Positions 19,317 through 28,068 of a DNA stretch of 64,000 nt are shown here, piece after piece. Below the pieces are notes generated by a model that searched no databases, was not told where the DNA came from, and was given only the letters and a program-made list of their open reading frames with translations. Position numbers and translations under genes: made by a program. Location of the stretch: positions 62,001-126,000 of the IMG/VR virus record IMGVR_UViG_3300047548_001122. One strand, given 5' to 3'. Each line of letters starts with the position of its first letter. The stretch's first letter is position 1.

Positions 19317-20058
19317 ATGGGAAATTACACTTAAATGTAATTACAAATGCACTTACTGTACGAATTTGGATCCAAGTATACGACCTGAACTCGATGAAAG
19401 TAAAATAAGAGAATTTATTGCGAACTTAGGACAAAAGTATCCTGGTGTGGAAGTATTTATTTTTGGTGGTGAACCTTTTGTTCACCCTAAGATAGAATTC
19501 ATTATAAAAACTTTTAATGAACACAAAATACCTTTTGTAATTCAAACCAACTTCAGTAATTATAGTCGAGAAAAGATTCGAAAAATAACTGATCCTTTTA
19601 AGATCAATATTAGTGTTCATCCCACCGAAACTTCTATAGATGATATTGTGGAAGGACTCAAGAGCACAAACGTCAATATAAAAACGATAGATGTTATGTA
19701 TACTGGTCAAGATGCAATAAAATATTATTTTGCAGTTAAAAAAGCTATCGAACATGACAATTTATTTTTAACTCCAATTACAGATTTTGGAGATGGTTAT
19801 AGTGACAATTTACTTCTACAATACCTTGCATTGAAGAAAAAAACGGTATATAAAAATATAATTAAATTTGAAAATGTAAAAAGATTGGATCGTCAACGTA
19901 GTGAAATTTGGGCAGATCCTAATTTTAAAACTTTTGGAAAGCCCTGTTTATACAAAGATAAATATTTTTTATATTCTCCCAATTTAGAATTGTATAATTG
20001 TTGTTATAGAATAAAAGTGGACAAATTGTGTCCGAAAACAAAATGTTTTTTAATGTGA
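19300..20058 (+). CDS. Radical SAM protein (compact, twitch-like)
   Basis: WEITLKCNYKCTYC, IFGGEPF, QTN; C-terminal PC...NCC...CPKTKC. Confidence 0.88.
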   Translation: MSQIVEWEITLKCNYKCTYCTNLDPSIRPELDESKIREFIANLGQKYPGVEVFIFGGEPFVHPKIEFIIKTFNEHKIPFVIQTNFSNYSREKIRKITDPFKINISVHPTETSIDDIVEGLKSTNVNIKTIDVMYTGQDAIKYYFAVKKAIEHDNLFLTPITDFGDGYSDNLLLQYLALKKKTVYKNIIKFENVKRLDRQRSEIWADPNFKTFGKPCLYKDKYFLYSPNLELYNCCYRIKVDKLCPKTKCFLM

Positions 20059-20064
20059 TGTTAT

Positions 20065-20880
20065 ATGAGATATCTTTTAGCTGGCGCTTTCAGTAAATCA
20101 ATACCGATAATAAAATTTTTAACACATAAGTTGGTAGACAACACCAAACTTGTGGTTTATGATGGTGTGAATAAATGTAAATGGAATGGCGGAAGAATTA
20201 ATCGGGATGTTTATTATAGTGATGCGTTAATAGACTATTACTATAGTAAAGATATCAGTATTGCTCTTACGATGAGTAATCATAAAATTGATTTATCGGA
20301 TGAAACAGGAAATCACCTGCTAGAAAAATTTCACAAAGAAGGTAATGCCTTAATTATTGTTAATGATGATTTAAGGCAATACGTCAGAAAAAACTTTCCC
20401 AAATACGATTTAATTTATAGTATTACTGGTATGGGTCTGTTAAACATTCCTTTACAAGATAGTGATATTGCTTGGTATAAAGACTTGGAAAGTAAGTATG
20501 ATTGGATTGTTCCGAGATTTGAACATGTATTTGATTCTAGAGCTTCGGAGTTAGATAGAAACAAATGGGAAGTTATGTTAAATGACACTTGCGTTTGGGG
20601 TTGTAAACATTGGGATGAACATTTCAAAGCAATCGCAGATGAAAATACCGCTGGTCGTCCATATAGTAAACAGGTAGAAGAATGTTGGTTGCCAAAATTT
20701 GATTTTAATAAAGATAGTAAATATCCTCCAATGGATATCAAACCAGAAAACATGCGTAAACTTTTGGACGTTGGTGTAAGAAGTTTTAAAATTACCGGTA
20801 GAGAAATGACAGATGATGAATATTATGGTGAATTGACGAGATTCATTAATCGAAGTTTAGAGGCATTAAAAAATGGATGA
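20065..20880 (+). CDS. Peptidase U32-like (Fe-S TIM-barrel) protein
   Basis: VMLNDTCVWGC Cys motif, later C, and C-terminal GVRSFKITGR matching the U32 (S/F)LKIEGR signature. Confidence 0.6.
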   Translation: MRYLLAGAFSKSIPIIKFLTHKLVDNTKLVVYDGVNKCKWNGGRINRDVYYSDALIDYYYSKDISIALTMSNHKIDLSDETGNHLLEKFHKEGNALIIVNDDLRQYVRKNFPKYDLIYSITGMGLLNIPLQDSDIAWYKDLESKYDWIVPRFEHVFDSRASELDRNKWEVMLNDTCVWGCKHWDEHFKAIADENTAGRPYSKQVEECWLPKFDFNKDSKYPPMDIKPENMRKLLDVGVRSFKITGREMTDDEYYGELTRFINRSLEALKNG

Positions 20881-21943
20881 CTGGAAAAAAATCAAAGTCG
20901 TTCGAAAAAAAGAGGACATGCAAGTTGGCCTAATTAAGCCAGAAAAAACTTATAATGTACTGAAAATAAATGACCAAGAAGGTAGACATATCGATTATTC
21001 TGTAACATTTAGAATAACCGAAGCTTGTGATTTGAAATGTAATTATTGCCATTGGCATAGTGGTAGACACTATTCTTTTGAAGATATTATTACTAGCATT
21101 GATAATCTTTTTGTGTTCTTCAAAAAACAGAAATTCAAAAGTGTTGTTTTTTATTATCACGGTGGAGAACCAACTCGACATCCTAAATGCGTTGATATTC
21201 TAAAGTATATACACCAAAAAGGTAAAGAAACTGGAATTATAGCATATAATGAAATGCAAACCAATTTAACGATTGGTGAAGAAAAATTAAAAGATATGTT
21301 GCCGTATTGCGACATGTTCAATGTGAGTTTTCACTATCTGGAGTTGAAGAGATTGAATAAACTCAAGAACTTTGATAGTAATTGGGAACTATTAAAAAAA
21401 TTAGGTATATCCATTCATAACATGGATATTATGATGGAGAATGTAGAAAGAGGTAATCGATGGTATCAAAACAAAGTTATAGAAATAATACCAGAAGAAT
21501 TTTATGAAAGAGTCAAATACTATCTAACATATGATAAAATTGTGAATAGTGAAATGATATACGGGTTCTGCCATTATGTTTATCCGGAAGATGTGGCAGA
21601 AAAACATATGGCATTTTATAGAGAACATAATAAAACTGAACAAAAATATGAAATCGATGGAAAAATATACACAACAAATGACTTGTTTAAATTAGGTGTT
21701 GATGCTCGAGGTTGGAAGTGTGCGGCAGGACAAGAAAGTATTACAATTAATGGTGATGGAAATGTTTTTAATTGTGGTATACACATGACGAATTATATAA
21801 GAGAAAGTGCTCCAGAAAAGCCATACACAAATTTAGTTCACGATGAGGCAGCTGTAACTAAAATGTCGATATTATATAAAACTGGAACTGTTTGTAGATG
21901 GGATTATTGTGGTGGCGATTTTTATTTGAGTAGAAAACCATGA
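20873..21943 (+). CDS. Radical SAM protein with twitch-like C-terminus
   Basis: FRITEACDLKCNYC, YHGGEPT, QTN; C-terminal CAAG...GNVFNC...CRWDYCGGD. Confidence 0.9.
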   Translation: MDDWKKIKVVRKKEDMQVGLIKPEKTYNVLKINDQEGRHIDYSVTFRITEACDLKCNYCHWHSGRHYSFEDIITSIDNLFVFFKKQKFKSVVFYYHGGEPTRHPKCVDILKYIHQKGKETGIIAYNEMQTNLTIGEEKLKDMLPYCDMFNVSFHYLELKRLNKLKNFDSNWELLKKLGISIHNMDIMMENVERGNRWYQNKVIEIIPEEFYERVKYYLTYDKIVNSEMIYGFCHYVYPEDVAEKHMAFYREHNKTEQKYEIDGKIYTTNDLFKLGVDARGWKCAAGQESITINGDGNVFNCGIHMTNYIRESAPEKPYTNLVHDEAAVTKMSILYKTGTVCRWDYCGGDFYLSRKP

Positions 21944-22560
21944 AATGCGCTATAACAGGACATACTAGAGGATTAGGCAAATCTCTCTATAATCACTTTA
22001 AAGAAAAAGGATGGGAAGTAATTGGATTTAGTACAACCAATGGATATTTTTTACCTGATGCTTTAGAAAAAGTAATTGAAGAGTCGAATGGTTGCGATTT
22101 GTTCATCAACAATACATTTGCACAGGGACATCAAATCGATCTGTTACATGCTTTGAAATATAAGGTTAAAAATATGGTTGTTTGTGGATCGATTGCTAGA
22201 ACTGAACCATTAAACGAAATACTGTATGGTGATTATGTAGACATTAAAACCGAGTTAGCAAAGTCTTGTAATATTTTAAGTATCAGTAATGACAGTAGAT
22301 TAATGAATATATTACATTTGGATTTGGGATTTTTAGAAGGTAGTGTTGAAAACATTTTAGATCCTACAGAATTTATAAGTGATTATACAATAGGTTTTAA
22401 TGATGTAATCTCCGCAATTGAATTATGGTTGTTGCATCCTAAGATTAAACAAATTGAATTTTCCTGGAAATTAACTCCTTTTTTGGAAACTAGACTTAAA
22501 CGAGCCACAAATAATCCAGATTCATTAAATAAACTTTTATCTGACATAAATGAAGCGTGA
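21940..22560 (+). CDS. Short-chain dehydrogenase/reductase-like protein
   Basis: AITGHTRGLG (TGxxxGxG), DLFINN, YxxxK (YVDIK). Confidence 0.7.
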   Translation: MKCAITGHTRGLGKSLYNHFKEKGWEVIGFSTTNGYFLPDALEKVIEESNGCDLFINNTFAQGHQIDLLHALKYKVKNMVVCGSIARTEPLNEILYGDYVDIKTELAKSCNILSISNDSRLMNILHLDLGFLEGSVENILDPTEFISDYTIGFNDVISAIELWLLHPKIKQIEFSWKLTPFLETRLKRATNNPDSLNKLLSDINEA

Positions 22561-23278
22561 ACTTTTAAAATATTCCTACGAAAATCAACTATCGCATATT
22601 CCTAGTGCGTTAAGTATGATTGATTATGTTGAAGTTTTATTTACAAGTAAACATGTAACTAAGGATGATTATATTATTATAGGAAAACCTTTTGGTTCCC
22701 AAGCTTATTATTTGATTTGGCGAAGATTAGGATATTTAAATAATATTGAAAAATTGAGTGTTGGTGTTAAACATGAAGAAATAGACTTTGTTGATTTTAG
22801 TGAAGAAACTATGGGAAATGCACTTGGTGTTTCTATAGGAGTAGCAATTTCCAATCCAGAAAAACGTGTTTGGGTGAATATAAGTGATGCTTCATTACAG
22901 ATGGGAAATACTTTAGAAGCAATACAGTTTATCGGACATAATAAAATAAAAAACATCTTTTTGACAATTGATTATAATAATGCTCAAGTTACCGGTAAAA
23001 CACAAGATGTATTGAGTGTATCTCCAGTAGTAAATATGTTTGAAAATTATGGATGGAATCTACAGATTGTGGACGGACATGAACACAGTGTTATAAAAAA
23101 ATCTTTAGATAATTTGTCTAAATTTTTACCAAATGTTATAGTGTTCCAAACCAAAAAAGGCAAATCTATTCAAAGTATGGAAAATGATGTTAAAAAGTGG
23201 CATTATAAAAAAATTGAAACGTCAGAAGAATTAGACTTTTTATTAGAAGAAATTTATCATGAGACAACAACTACATAA
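22550..23278 (+). CDS. Transketolase N-terminal (ThDP-binding) subunit, divergent
   Basis: SHIPSALS, MGNALGVSIGVA, SDASLQMG...DYNN, VDGH, TKKGK, WHY. Confidence 0.8.
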   Translation: MKRELLKYSYENQLSHIPSALSMIDYVEVLFTSKHVTKDDYIIIGKPFGSQAYYLIWRRLGYLNNIEKLSVGVKHEEIDFVDFSEETMGNALGVSIGVAISNPEKRVWVNISDASLQMGNTLEAIQFIGHNKIKNIFLTIDYNNAQVTGKTQDVLSVSPVVNMFENYGWNLQIVDGHEHSVIKKSLDNLSKFLPNVIVFQTKKGKSIQSMENDVKKWHYKKIETSEELDFLLEEIYHETTTT

Positions 23279-23735
23279 ATTCTTAAATCGTTATCCTGGT
23301 GAAGTTTATTTTTTACACTGTGATATGTGGAAATGGTTAGACTCGAACTATAAACAAATAAATTGTGGCGTACAAGAACCAAACATGGTTAACATTGCAG
23401 CAGGTTTGGCCAGCCAAGGTAAAAAAGTGATTATATACGGTGTAGCTGGATTTGTGATTTATAAAAGTTATGAACAAATAAAACTTAACATAAAAGGTTG
23501 GGCAGAAAAATACGGAAGTATAATTTTTGTAAATGCGGGTGCTAATGGAGCCTATAAAATATGTGGCAGGGGACATTTGTTAGATGATGATGAACAACTA
23601 ATGAATTCTCTCGGTATTGATTTTTATGATCCAATTGACACTTCAACCTTTATAAGAAATGTTAAAGATGGACTAAAAAGTCCTGGTGTAAGATATCTTA
23701 GACTTGGTTGGGACAACGAAGTATGGAAAAAATAG
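23259..23735 (+). CDS. Transketolase pyrimidine-binding-domain subunit (short)
   Basis: NCGVQEPNMVNIAAGLASQG, SYEQIK, GH, PGVRYLRLG; only 158 aa. Confidence 0.8.
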   Translation: MRQQLHKFLNRYPGEVYFLHCDMWKWLDSNYKQINCGVQEPNMVNIAAGLASQGKKVIIYGVAGFVIYKSYEQIKLNIKGWAEKYGSIIFVNAGANGAYKICGRGHLLDDDEQLMNSLGIDFYDPIDTSTFIRNVKDGLKSPGVRYLRLGWDNEVWKK

Positions 23736-24325
23736 TTGTTACTGGATCAACAGGATTCATAGGAAGTAATCTTTGCCTACAGTTGGAAAAAAGAGGTTTT
23801 GATGTAATAAGAATGAATCGTAGTTTTTTTCCAATTGAGTCTTGTTATAGAATTTACCATTTAGCTTGTCCATCCACAACAAAGAGAATAAACGATAATC
23901 CAACAGAAATAATGGATATAATTTTTGACAGAACTAGGCAAGCATTAGATATTTGCCGTTCTTCTTTGTTTATAAATGCCTCGACCTATGGTGTGAATTT
24001 CATTGACGAATCTAAACAATCGTGTTATAATATAGCCAAACTTTCGATGGAATACTATCTAAAATATAGTGGAATAAAGTATCTTAATTATAGATTACCT
24101 TCAGTTTATGGTGAAGGTATGCATGATGATAACTTCATAAAAAGATGTATTGACAATACCGCATATAAACCAAAAAATCCTGAACAAAAATATTTTATTT
24201 CACATATTGATGATGTGATAGAATCTCTTATAAATTTAACAGAACTTAAAATTGAAGAGACAACTTTAGGATCGATATATAAAGATTTTGGTTCAGGAAA
24301 AAGAGGATTAAAAAAATATGTCTAA
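23723..24325 (+). CDS. NAD-dependent epimerase/dehydratase (short)
   Basis: VVTGSTGFIG, YHLA, YNIAK (YxxxK), VYG; ATG at 23723 preferred. Confidence 0.8.
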   Translation: MEKIVVTGSTGFIGSNLCLQLEKRGFDVIRMNRSFFPIESCYRIYHLACPSTTKRINDNPTEIMDIIFDRTRQALDICRSSLFINASTYGVNFIDESKQSCYNIAKLSMEYYLKYSGIKYLNYRLPSVYGEGMHDDNFIKRCIDNTAYKPKNPEQKYFISHIDDVIESLINLTELKIEETTLGSIYKDFGSGKRGLKKYV

Positions 24326-25583
24326 TATAGAAAACATTGTTGTTATTGGTGCAGGAACTACAGGATATTTGACAGTCTTTCATTTATGTGAAACTTATCC
24401 GAATAAAAAAATTACTTGGATTTATCCCGAAGAAAATCAACCTATAGGTGTTGGAGAAGCTATAATACCAGATGTTAGTAAGTTTTTGAATAATTTTGGA
24501 ATAACACATAAAGACATTTTAAAGAATTGTAACGGCACATTAAAATTTGGCATTTATTTAAAAGGTTGGAATACGCCAGGCGAAGATTTTACTTTTCCTT
24601 TTGGATACGAATCGGTTAATATCAAACATAATTCGGCAAGTCAAGATCGAATTATGAAAACTCATAAGATACCGAAAGGTATATTTGAATATCAAAACAT
24701 ATCGACACATTTTAGAGCTACAGAATTGTTGATGTACATGGATAAAGTAAAAGAAAAATATTTAAATTTGAAAGTCGTTAGGAAAGAAGTAACATTAAAT
24801 GAGATTAAAGATAGTTATGATTTAGTTATAGACTGTACTGGATTTGAAAGAAAAATAAGTTATCTACCAGATAATTTTAAAAACATTAACGATAAGATAC
24901 CAAACAATCAAGTTTTTCTTTTTAGGCATAATTATACCGATAGAGAAAAACAGTGTGTTCCTTATACGGTTGCTGAAGCAATGAATTATGGATGGTGTTT
25001 TAATATACCTTTGAGAAATGAACTGGCGTGTGGTTATGTACACGATAATAAATTTGATGTTACAGATGAATATATTCAGTATTTGGAAAAAAAGTTTAAC
25101 ATAAAAGTTCAACCAGAGCAATTGAAAAAATTAAAGATGATAACTGGTAGAAACAAAGTACACTTAAAAGATAATGTTGTTGCTATGGGACTTTCATCCT
25201 GTTTCATAGAACCCTTAGAATCTACTGGTTTATATTTGGTAACTAGTTCTTTGAGAAAGCTCTGCGACTACATTGATGAAAAAATTACTGAAAATGAATA
25301 TAACTTTTTTATTAATGAAGAATTTGATACAATTACCGATTTTATAGTCGAACATTATAAGTTTTCCAAGAGGAGTAACGATTATTGGAATTTTTACAAA
25401 AGCGTAAAAACTAAAAAACGTACAATTAATATTTTTCCCAATTCTGGTTGGGATACTATAAGAAGTGGTTTTTTACCTGAAGTTAAAAGACCTACAGAAT
25501 CTTTGGATGGAAAAGAATTGATAGAAATACATAGAGGCAAACCTTTTCATGAATGGATATTGGAGGAAGAAAATTATATATGA
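24318..25583 (+). CDS. Flavin-dependent halogenase, tryptophan-halogenase (PrnA-like) family
   Basis: GAGTTG, IGVGEA, TLKFGI (catalytic Lys region), DCTGF, WCFNIPL, FIEPLESTG. Confidence 0.85.
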   Translation: MSNIENIVVIGAGTTGYLTVFHLCETYPNKKITWIYPEENQPIGVGEAIIPDVSKFLNNFGITHKDILKNCNGTLKFGIYLKGWNTPGEDFTFPFGYESVNIKHNSASQDRIMKTHKIPKGIFEYQNISTHFRATELLMYMDKVKEKYLNLKVVRKEVTLNEIKDSYDLVIDCTGFERKISYLPDNFKNINDKIPNNQVFLFRHNYTDREKQCVPYTVAEAMNYGWCFNIPLRNELACGYVHDNKFDVTDEYIQYLEKKFNIKVQPEQLKKLKMITGRNKVHLKDNVVAMGLSSCFIEPLESTGLYLVTSSLRKLCDYIDEKITENEYNFFINEEFDTITDFIVEHYKFSKRSNDYWNFYKSVKTKKRTINIFPNSGWDTIRSGFLPEVKRPTESLDGKELIEIHRGKPFHEWILEEENYI

Positions 25584-26503
25584 ATAATTTAATTTTAGGT
25601 GGTGCTGGGTTTATAGGTCAACATTTAACTCATAAATTATTGAAAACTCGCCAACAGAGAGTAACAATTATTGATAATCTTTCCACCAGTAAAATAAATC
25701 TTGATGAATTTTCCGAATATAAAAATCTTTTTAGTTTTATACATGCCGATATTCAAAGTTTGGAGGATAAACAGTTACTTAAATTGATGAGGGATAATAA
25801 TAGAGTTTTTCATTTTGCTGGTAGTGTTGGAGTGGAACACATCGACAAAAATCCAAAAGAAACACTATTCAATAATGTTTCCCTTACAAATAAACTTTTA
25901 CCTCTTTTTAGAGAATCTAAAAGACATGTGATTTTTTCTAGTACAAGTGAGGTTTATGGAAATGGACCATTTAATGAGGAAGATTCTTGTAACATTGGTC
26001 CTAGCAATAAATTAAGATGGGGTTATGCTGCCAGTAAATTGATGACAGAATTTTTGTTGAATGCTAGTGAAATGCCTTCAACTATATTTCGTTTTTTTAA
26101 CATTGTTGGTCCAGGACAATTATCCGACTATGGTATGGTTTTACCAAGATTTGTGGAGTCTGCAAAACGAAATGAGGATTTAATTGTTTATGGAACAGGA
26201 GAACAAATACGCTGTTTTTTTCATATTGATGATGCGACAGATGCTATAATCAAATGCAGTGGTTTTAAAAATGAACTATTCAATATTGGTAATGACAATC
26301 CTGTTACGATAAACGAACTTGCAAAAAAAGTAATAGAAATTAGCGGTTCTAACAGTAAAATTATTCACGTTCCTTATGAAAAAGCATTCAGTAATAATCA
26401 TCAAGACATTCAAACCAGAATTCCTGATATTACTAAACTTAGAGAAAAAACAGGGTTTAAACCTAAACACGATTTAGAAAAAATAATAATGGATATGTTA
26501 TGA
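25580..26503 (+). CDS. NAD-dependent nucleotide-sugar epimerase/dehydratase or decarboxylase
   Basis: LGGAGFIG, FSSTSEVYG, YAASK, RFFNIVGP, GTGEQIRCFFHIDD, PDITK; ATG at 25580 preferred. Confidence 0.9.
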   Translation: MNNLILGGAGFIGQHLTHKLLKTRQQRVTIIDNLSTSKINLDEFSEYKNLFSFIHADIQSLEDKQLLKLMRDNNRVFHFAGSVGVEHIDKNPKETLFNNVSLTNKLLPLFRESKRHVIFSSTSEVYGNGPFNEEDSCNIGPSNKLRWGYAASKLMTEFLLNASEMPSTIFRFFNIVGPGQLSDYGMVLPRFVESAKRNEDLIVYGTGEQIRCFFHIDDATDAIIKCSGFKNELFNIGNDNPVTINELAKKVIEISGSNSKIIHVPYEKAFSNNHQDIQTRIPDITKLREKTGFKPKHDLEKIIMDML

Positions 26504-27144
26504 AAATAGTTTTCATATTTGCTCACTTAGATGATGAATCCTTTGGACCAGCCGGAACAATATCTAAGATGTGTGAAGAGAACGAAGTTACGATAGTTTC
26601 TTTATGTAGAGGCAATCGACCAGGAAACGAACATGTAGAGTCGAAAAGGTTGAATGCCTTTCATAAAGCATGCTCTTATTTTGGTGCCAAACCATTATTT
26701 TTTGAAAATTCCGACTGTAAATTAGATTTGGAAAAATGTTTAGTTGATGTAGAATCTGTAATCCGTGATATTCAACCAGAAGTGGTTTTTACTAATAACA
26801 TATCAGATATTCATCGAGATCATAGAATAGTGTCTGAATCTGTTATGGTGGCTTGTAGACCTAAACCAGATTCAACTGTAAATCAGTTATATATGTGTGA
26901 GATACCGGCTTCTACCGAATGGTCTATGGGTCAAATAGAACCAATTTTCACACCCAACTATTTTGTCGATGTTTCAAAATATATGAATGAGAAGAAACAT
27001 GTATTATCTTTTTATGATACGGAAATATATTCATACCCAGATGCAAGATCAGAGAAAAGTATGGTAGTATTGTCCGAGTATAGGGGTAAACAAGTAGGAT
27101 TTAACAATGCTGAGGCTTTTAAACTGGTATACTCCCGTCAATAG
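26500..27144 (+). CDS. PIG-L/LmbE family deacetylase
   Basis: FAHLDDESFG (HxDD), HRDH, PNYFVDVS, AEAF. Confidence 0.9.
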   Translation: MKIVFIFAHLDDESFGPAGTISKMCEENEVTIVSLCRGNRPGNEHVESKRLNAFHKACSYFGAKPLFFENSDCKLDLEKCLVDVESVIRDIQPEVVFTNNISDIHRDHRIVSESVMVACRPKPDSTVNQLYMCEIPASTEWSMGQIEPIFTPNYFVDVSKYMNEKKHVLSFYDTEIYSYPDARSEKSMVVLSEYRGKQVGFNNAEAFKLVYSRQ

Positions 27145-27673
27145 ATATTCTTTCTTTTCCATAAAATTCTTTTATTCCATAAGTTTTTAATATTGATTTG
27201 TATAACCCATCCAAGTCATCATTATAGGGAAAACAAAACTTTTCTGGAAAATAATTTAAATTCTTTTGAAACCACTCTAACATTAATTCTGTATCCTTTT
27301 TTATGTGATTTACCTTTTCATTTAAACTAGAAAAATAATTTAGATTTTTATGAAAATGTGAGTGACCTCCAATAAAAACATTTTCCTGTTGAGATAAATA
27401 CTTTATCTGTTCTAAATTCATAAAATCTTCATTATTTCCTTTAAACGATTTTTCATGGCACTCTTTAGAACTTATGAAGTTTTTGGATTGTTTACCGTTG
27501 CCAATAATATTAGTTGAAATAAAAAAGATTTTTTCTGTTGGTATATTTTTTATTTTTGGATAATAATAAAAATGGTTGTAAAGTCCGTCATCGAAGGTTA
27601 AAATATAATTTTTTAGGTTTAATTGGAGATGATTATCTTCAAATGTGTGTATCATCAAAACTGACTTTTTCAT
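27119..27673 (-). CDS. Polysaccharide deacetylase (NodB-like)
   Basis: LMIH, LTFDDG, GGHSHFH, FCFPY. Start set at the ATG of MKKSV (27673) because the longer start overlaps the divergent + strand gene. Confidence 0.8.
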   Translation of the reverse strand: MKKSVLMIHTFEDNHLQLNLKNYILTFDDGLYNHFYYYPKIKNIPTEKIFFISTNIIGNGKQSKNFISSKECHEKSFKGNNEDFMNLEQIKYLSQQENVFIGGHSHFHKNLNYFSSLNEKVNHIKKDTELMLEWFQKNLNYFPEKFCFPYNDDLDGLYKSILKTYGIKEFYGKERISIDGSIPV

Positions 27674-27678
27674 ACAAA

Positions 27679-27685
27679 ATAAATA
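27679..27685 (+). promoter_or_regulatory. T4-type late promoter-like motif ATAAATA before erpA
   Basis: Lies in the 33-bp divergent intergenic gap, upstream of SD AGGAG. Confidence 0.4.
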
Positions 27686-27706
27686 TATTAGATAGGAGAT
27701 TTTAAG

Positions 27707-28021
27707 ATGTTTAATGTAACAGAAGCTGCAATACAAGAAATCAAACAGTATTTAGATGAAGAGAACAAGTATTTAAGAGTTTATGTTGAGGGTGGAGGTT
27801 GTTCAGGATTTAGATATGGTTTTGATTTTGAAGAGAGTTTATCGGAAGATGATTTTGAGATCCCGTTAGATGGTTTTTCCATTGTTGTCGATTCTTTTAG
27901 TATGCAATATTTGGACACGGCCACTTTAAATTTTAAAGAGGATATTATGGGTCATACTTTTACCATAGAAAATCCAAATGCTCAGACTACATGTGGCTGC
28001 GGAAGTAGTTTTTCGGTATAA
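27707..28021 (+). CDS. erpA: A-type iron-sulfur cluster carrier (ErpA/IscA/HesB family)
   Basis: LRVYVEGGGCSGFRYGF, NPNAQTTCGCGSSF; SD AGGAG. Confidence 0.92.
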   Translation: MFNVTEAAIQEIKQYLDEENKYLRVYVEGGGCSGFRYGFDFEESLSEDDFEIPLDGFSIVVDSFSMQYLDTATLNFKEDIMGHTFTIENPNAQTTCGCGSSFSV

Positions 28022-28038
28022 TAAAGATATTAGTTTGA

Positions 28039-28045
28039 CTAAATA
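28039..28045 (+). promoter_or_regulatory. Variant late promoter-like motif CTAAATA before fibre operon
   Basis: Intergenic, 24 nt before the GTG start; one mismatch to ATAAATA. Confidence 0.4.
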
Positions 28046-28068
28046 CCACATTAAGAGAGGAGTTTAAT

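Noticed and set aside
9618-21943. Radical SAM genes as a 7-deazaguanine or anaerobic RNR-activase DNA-metabolism module
   Set aside because: No QueC, QueD, FolE, DpdA or NrdD-like genes were recognised in the window. Not excluded for genes outside it.
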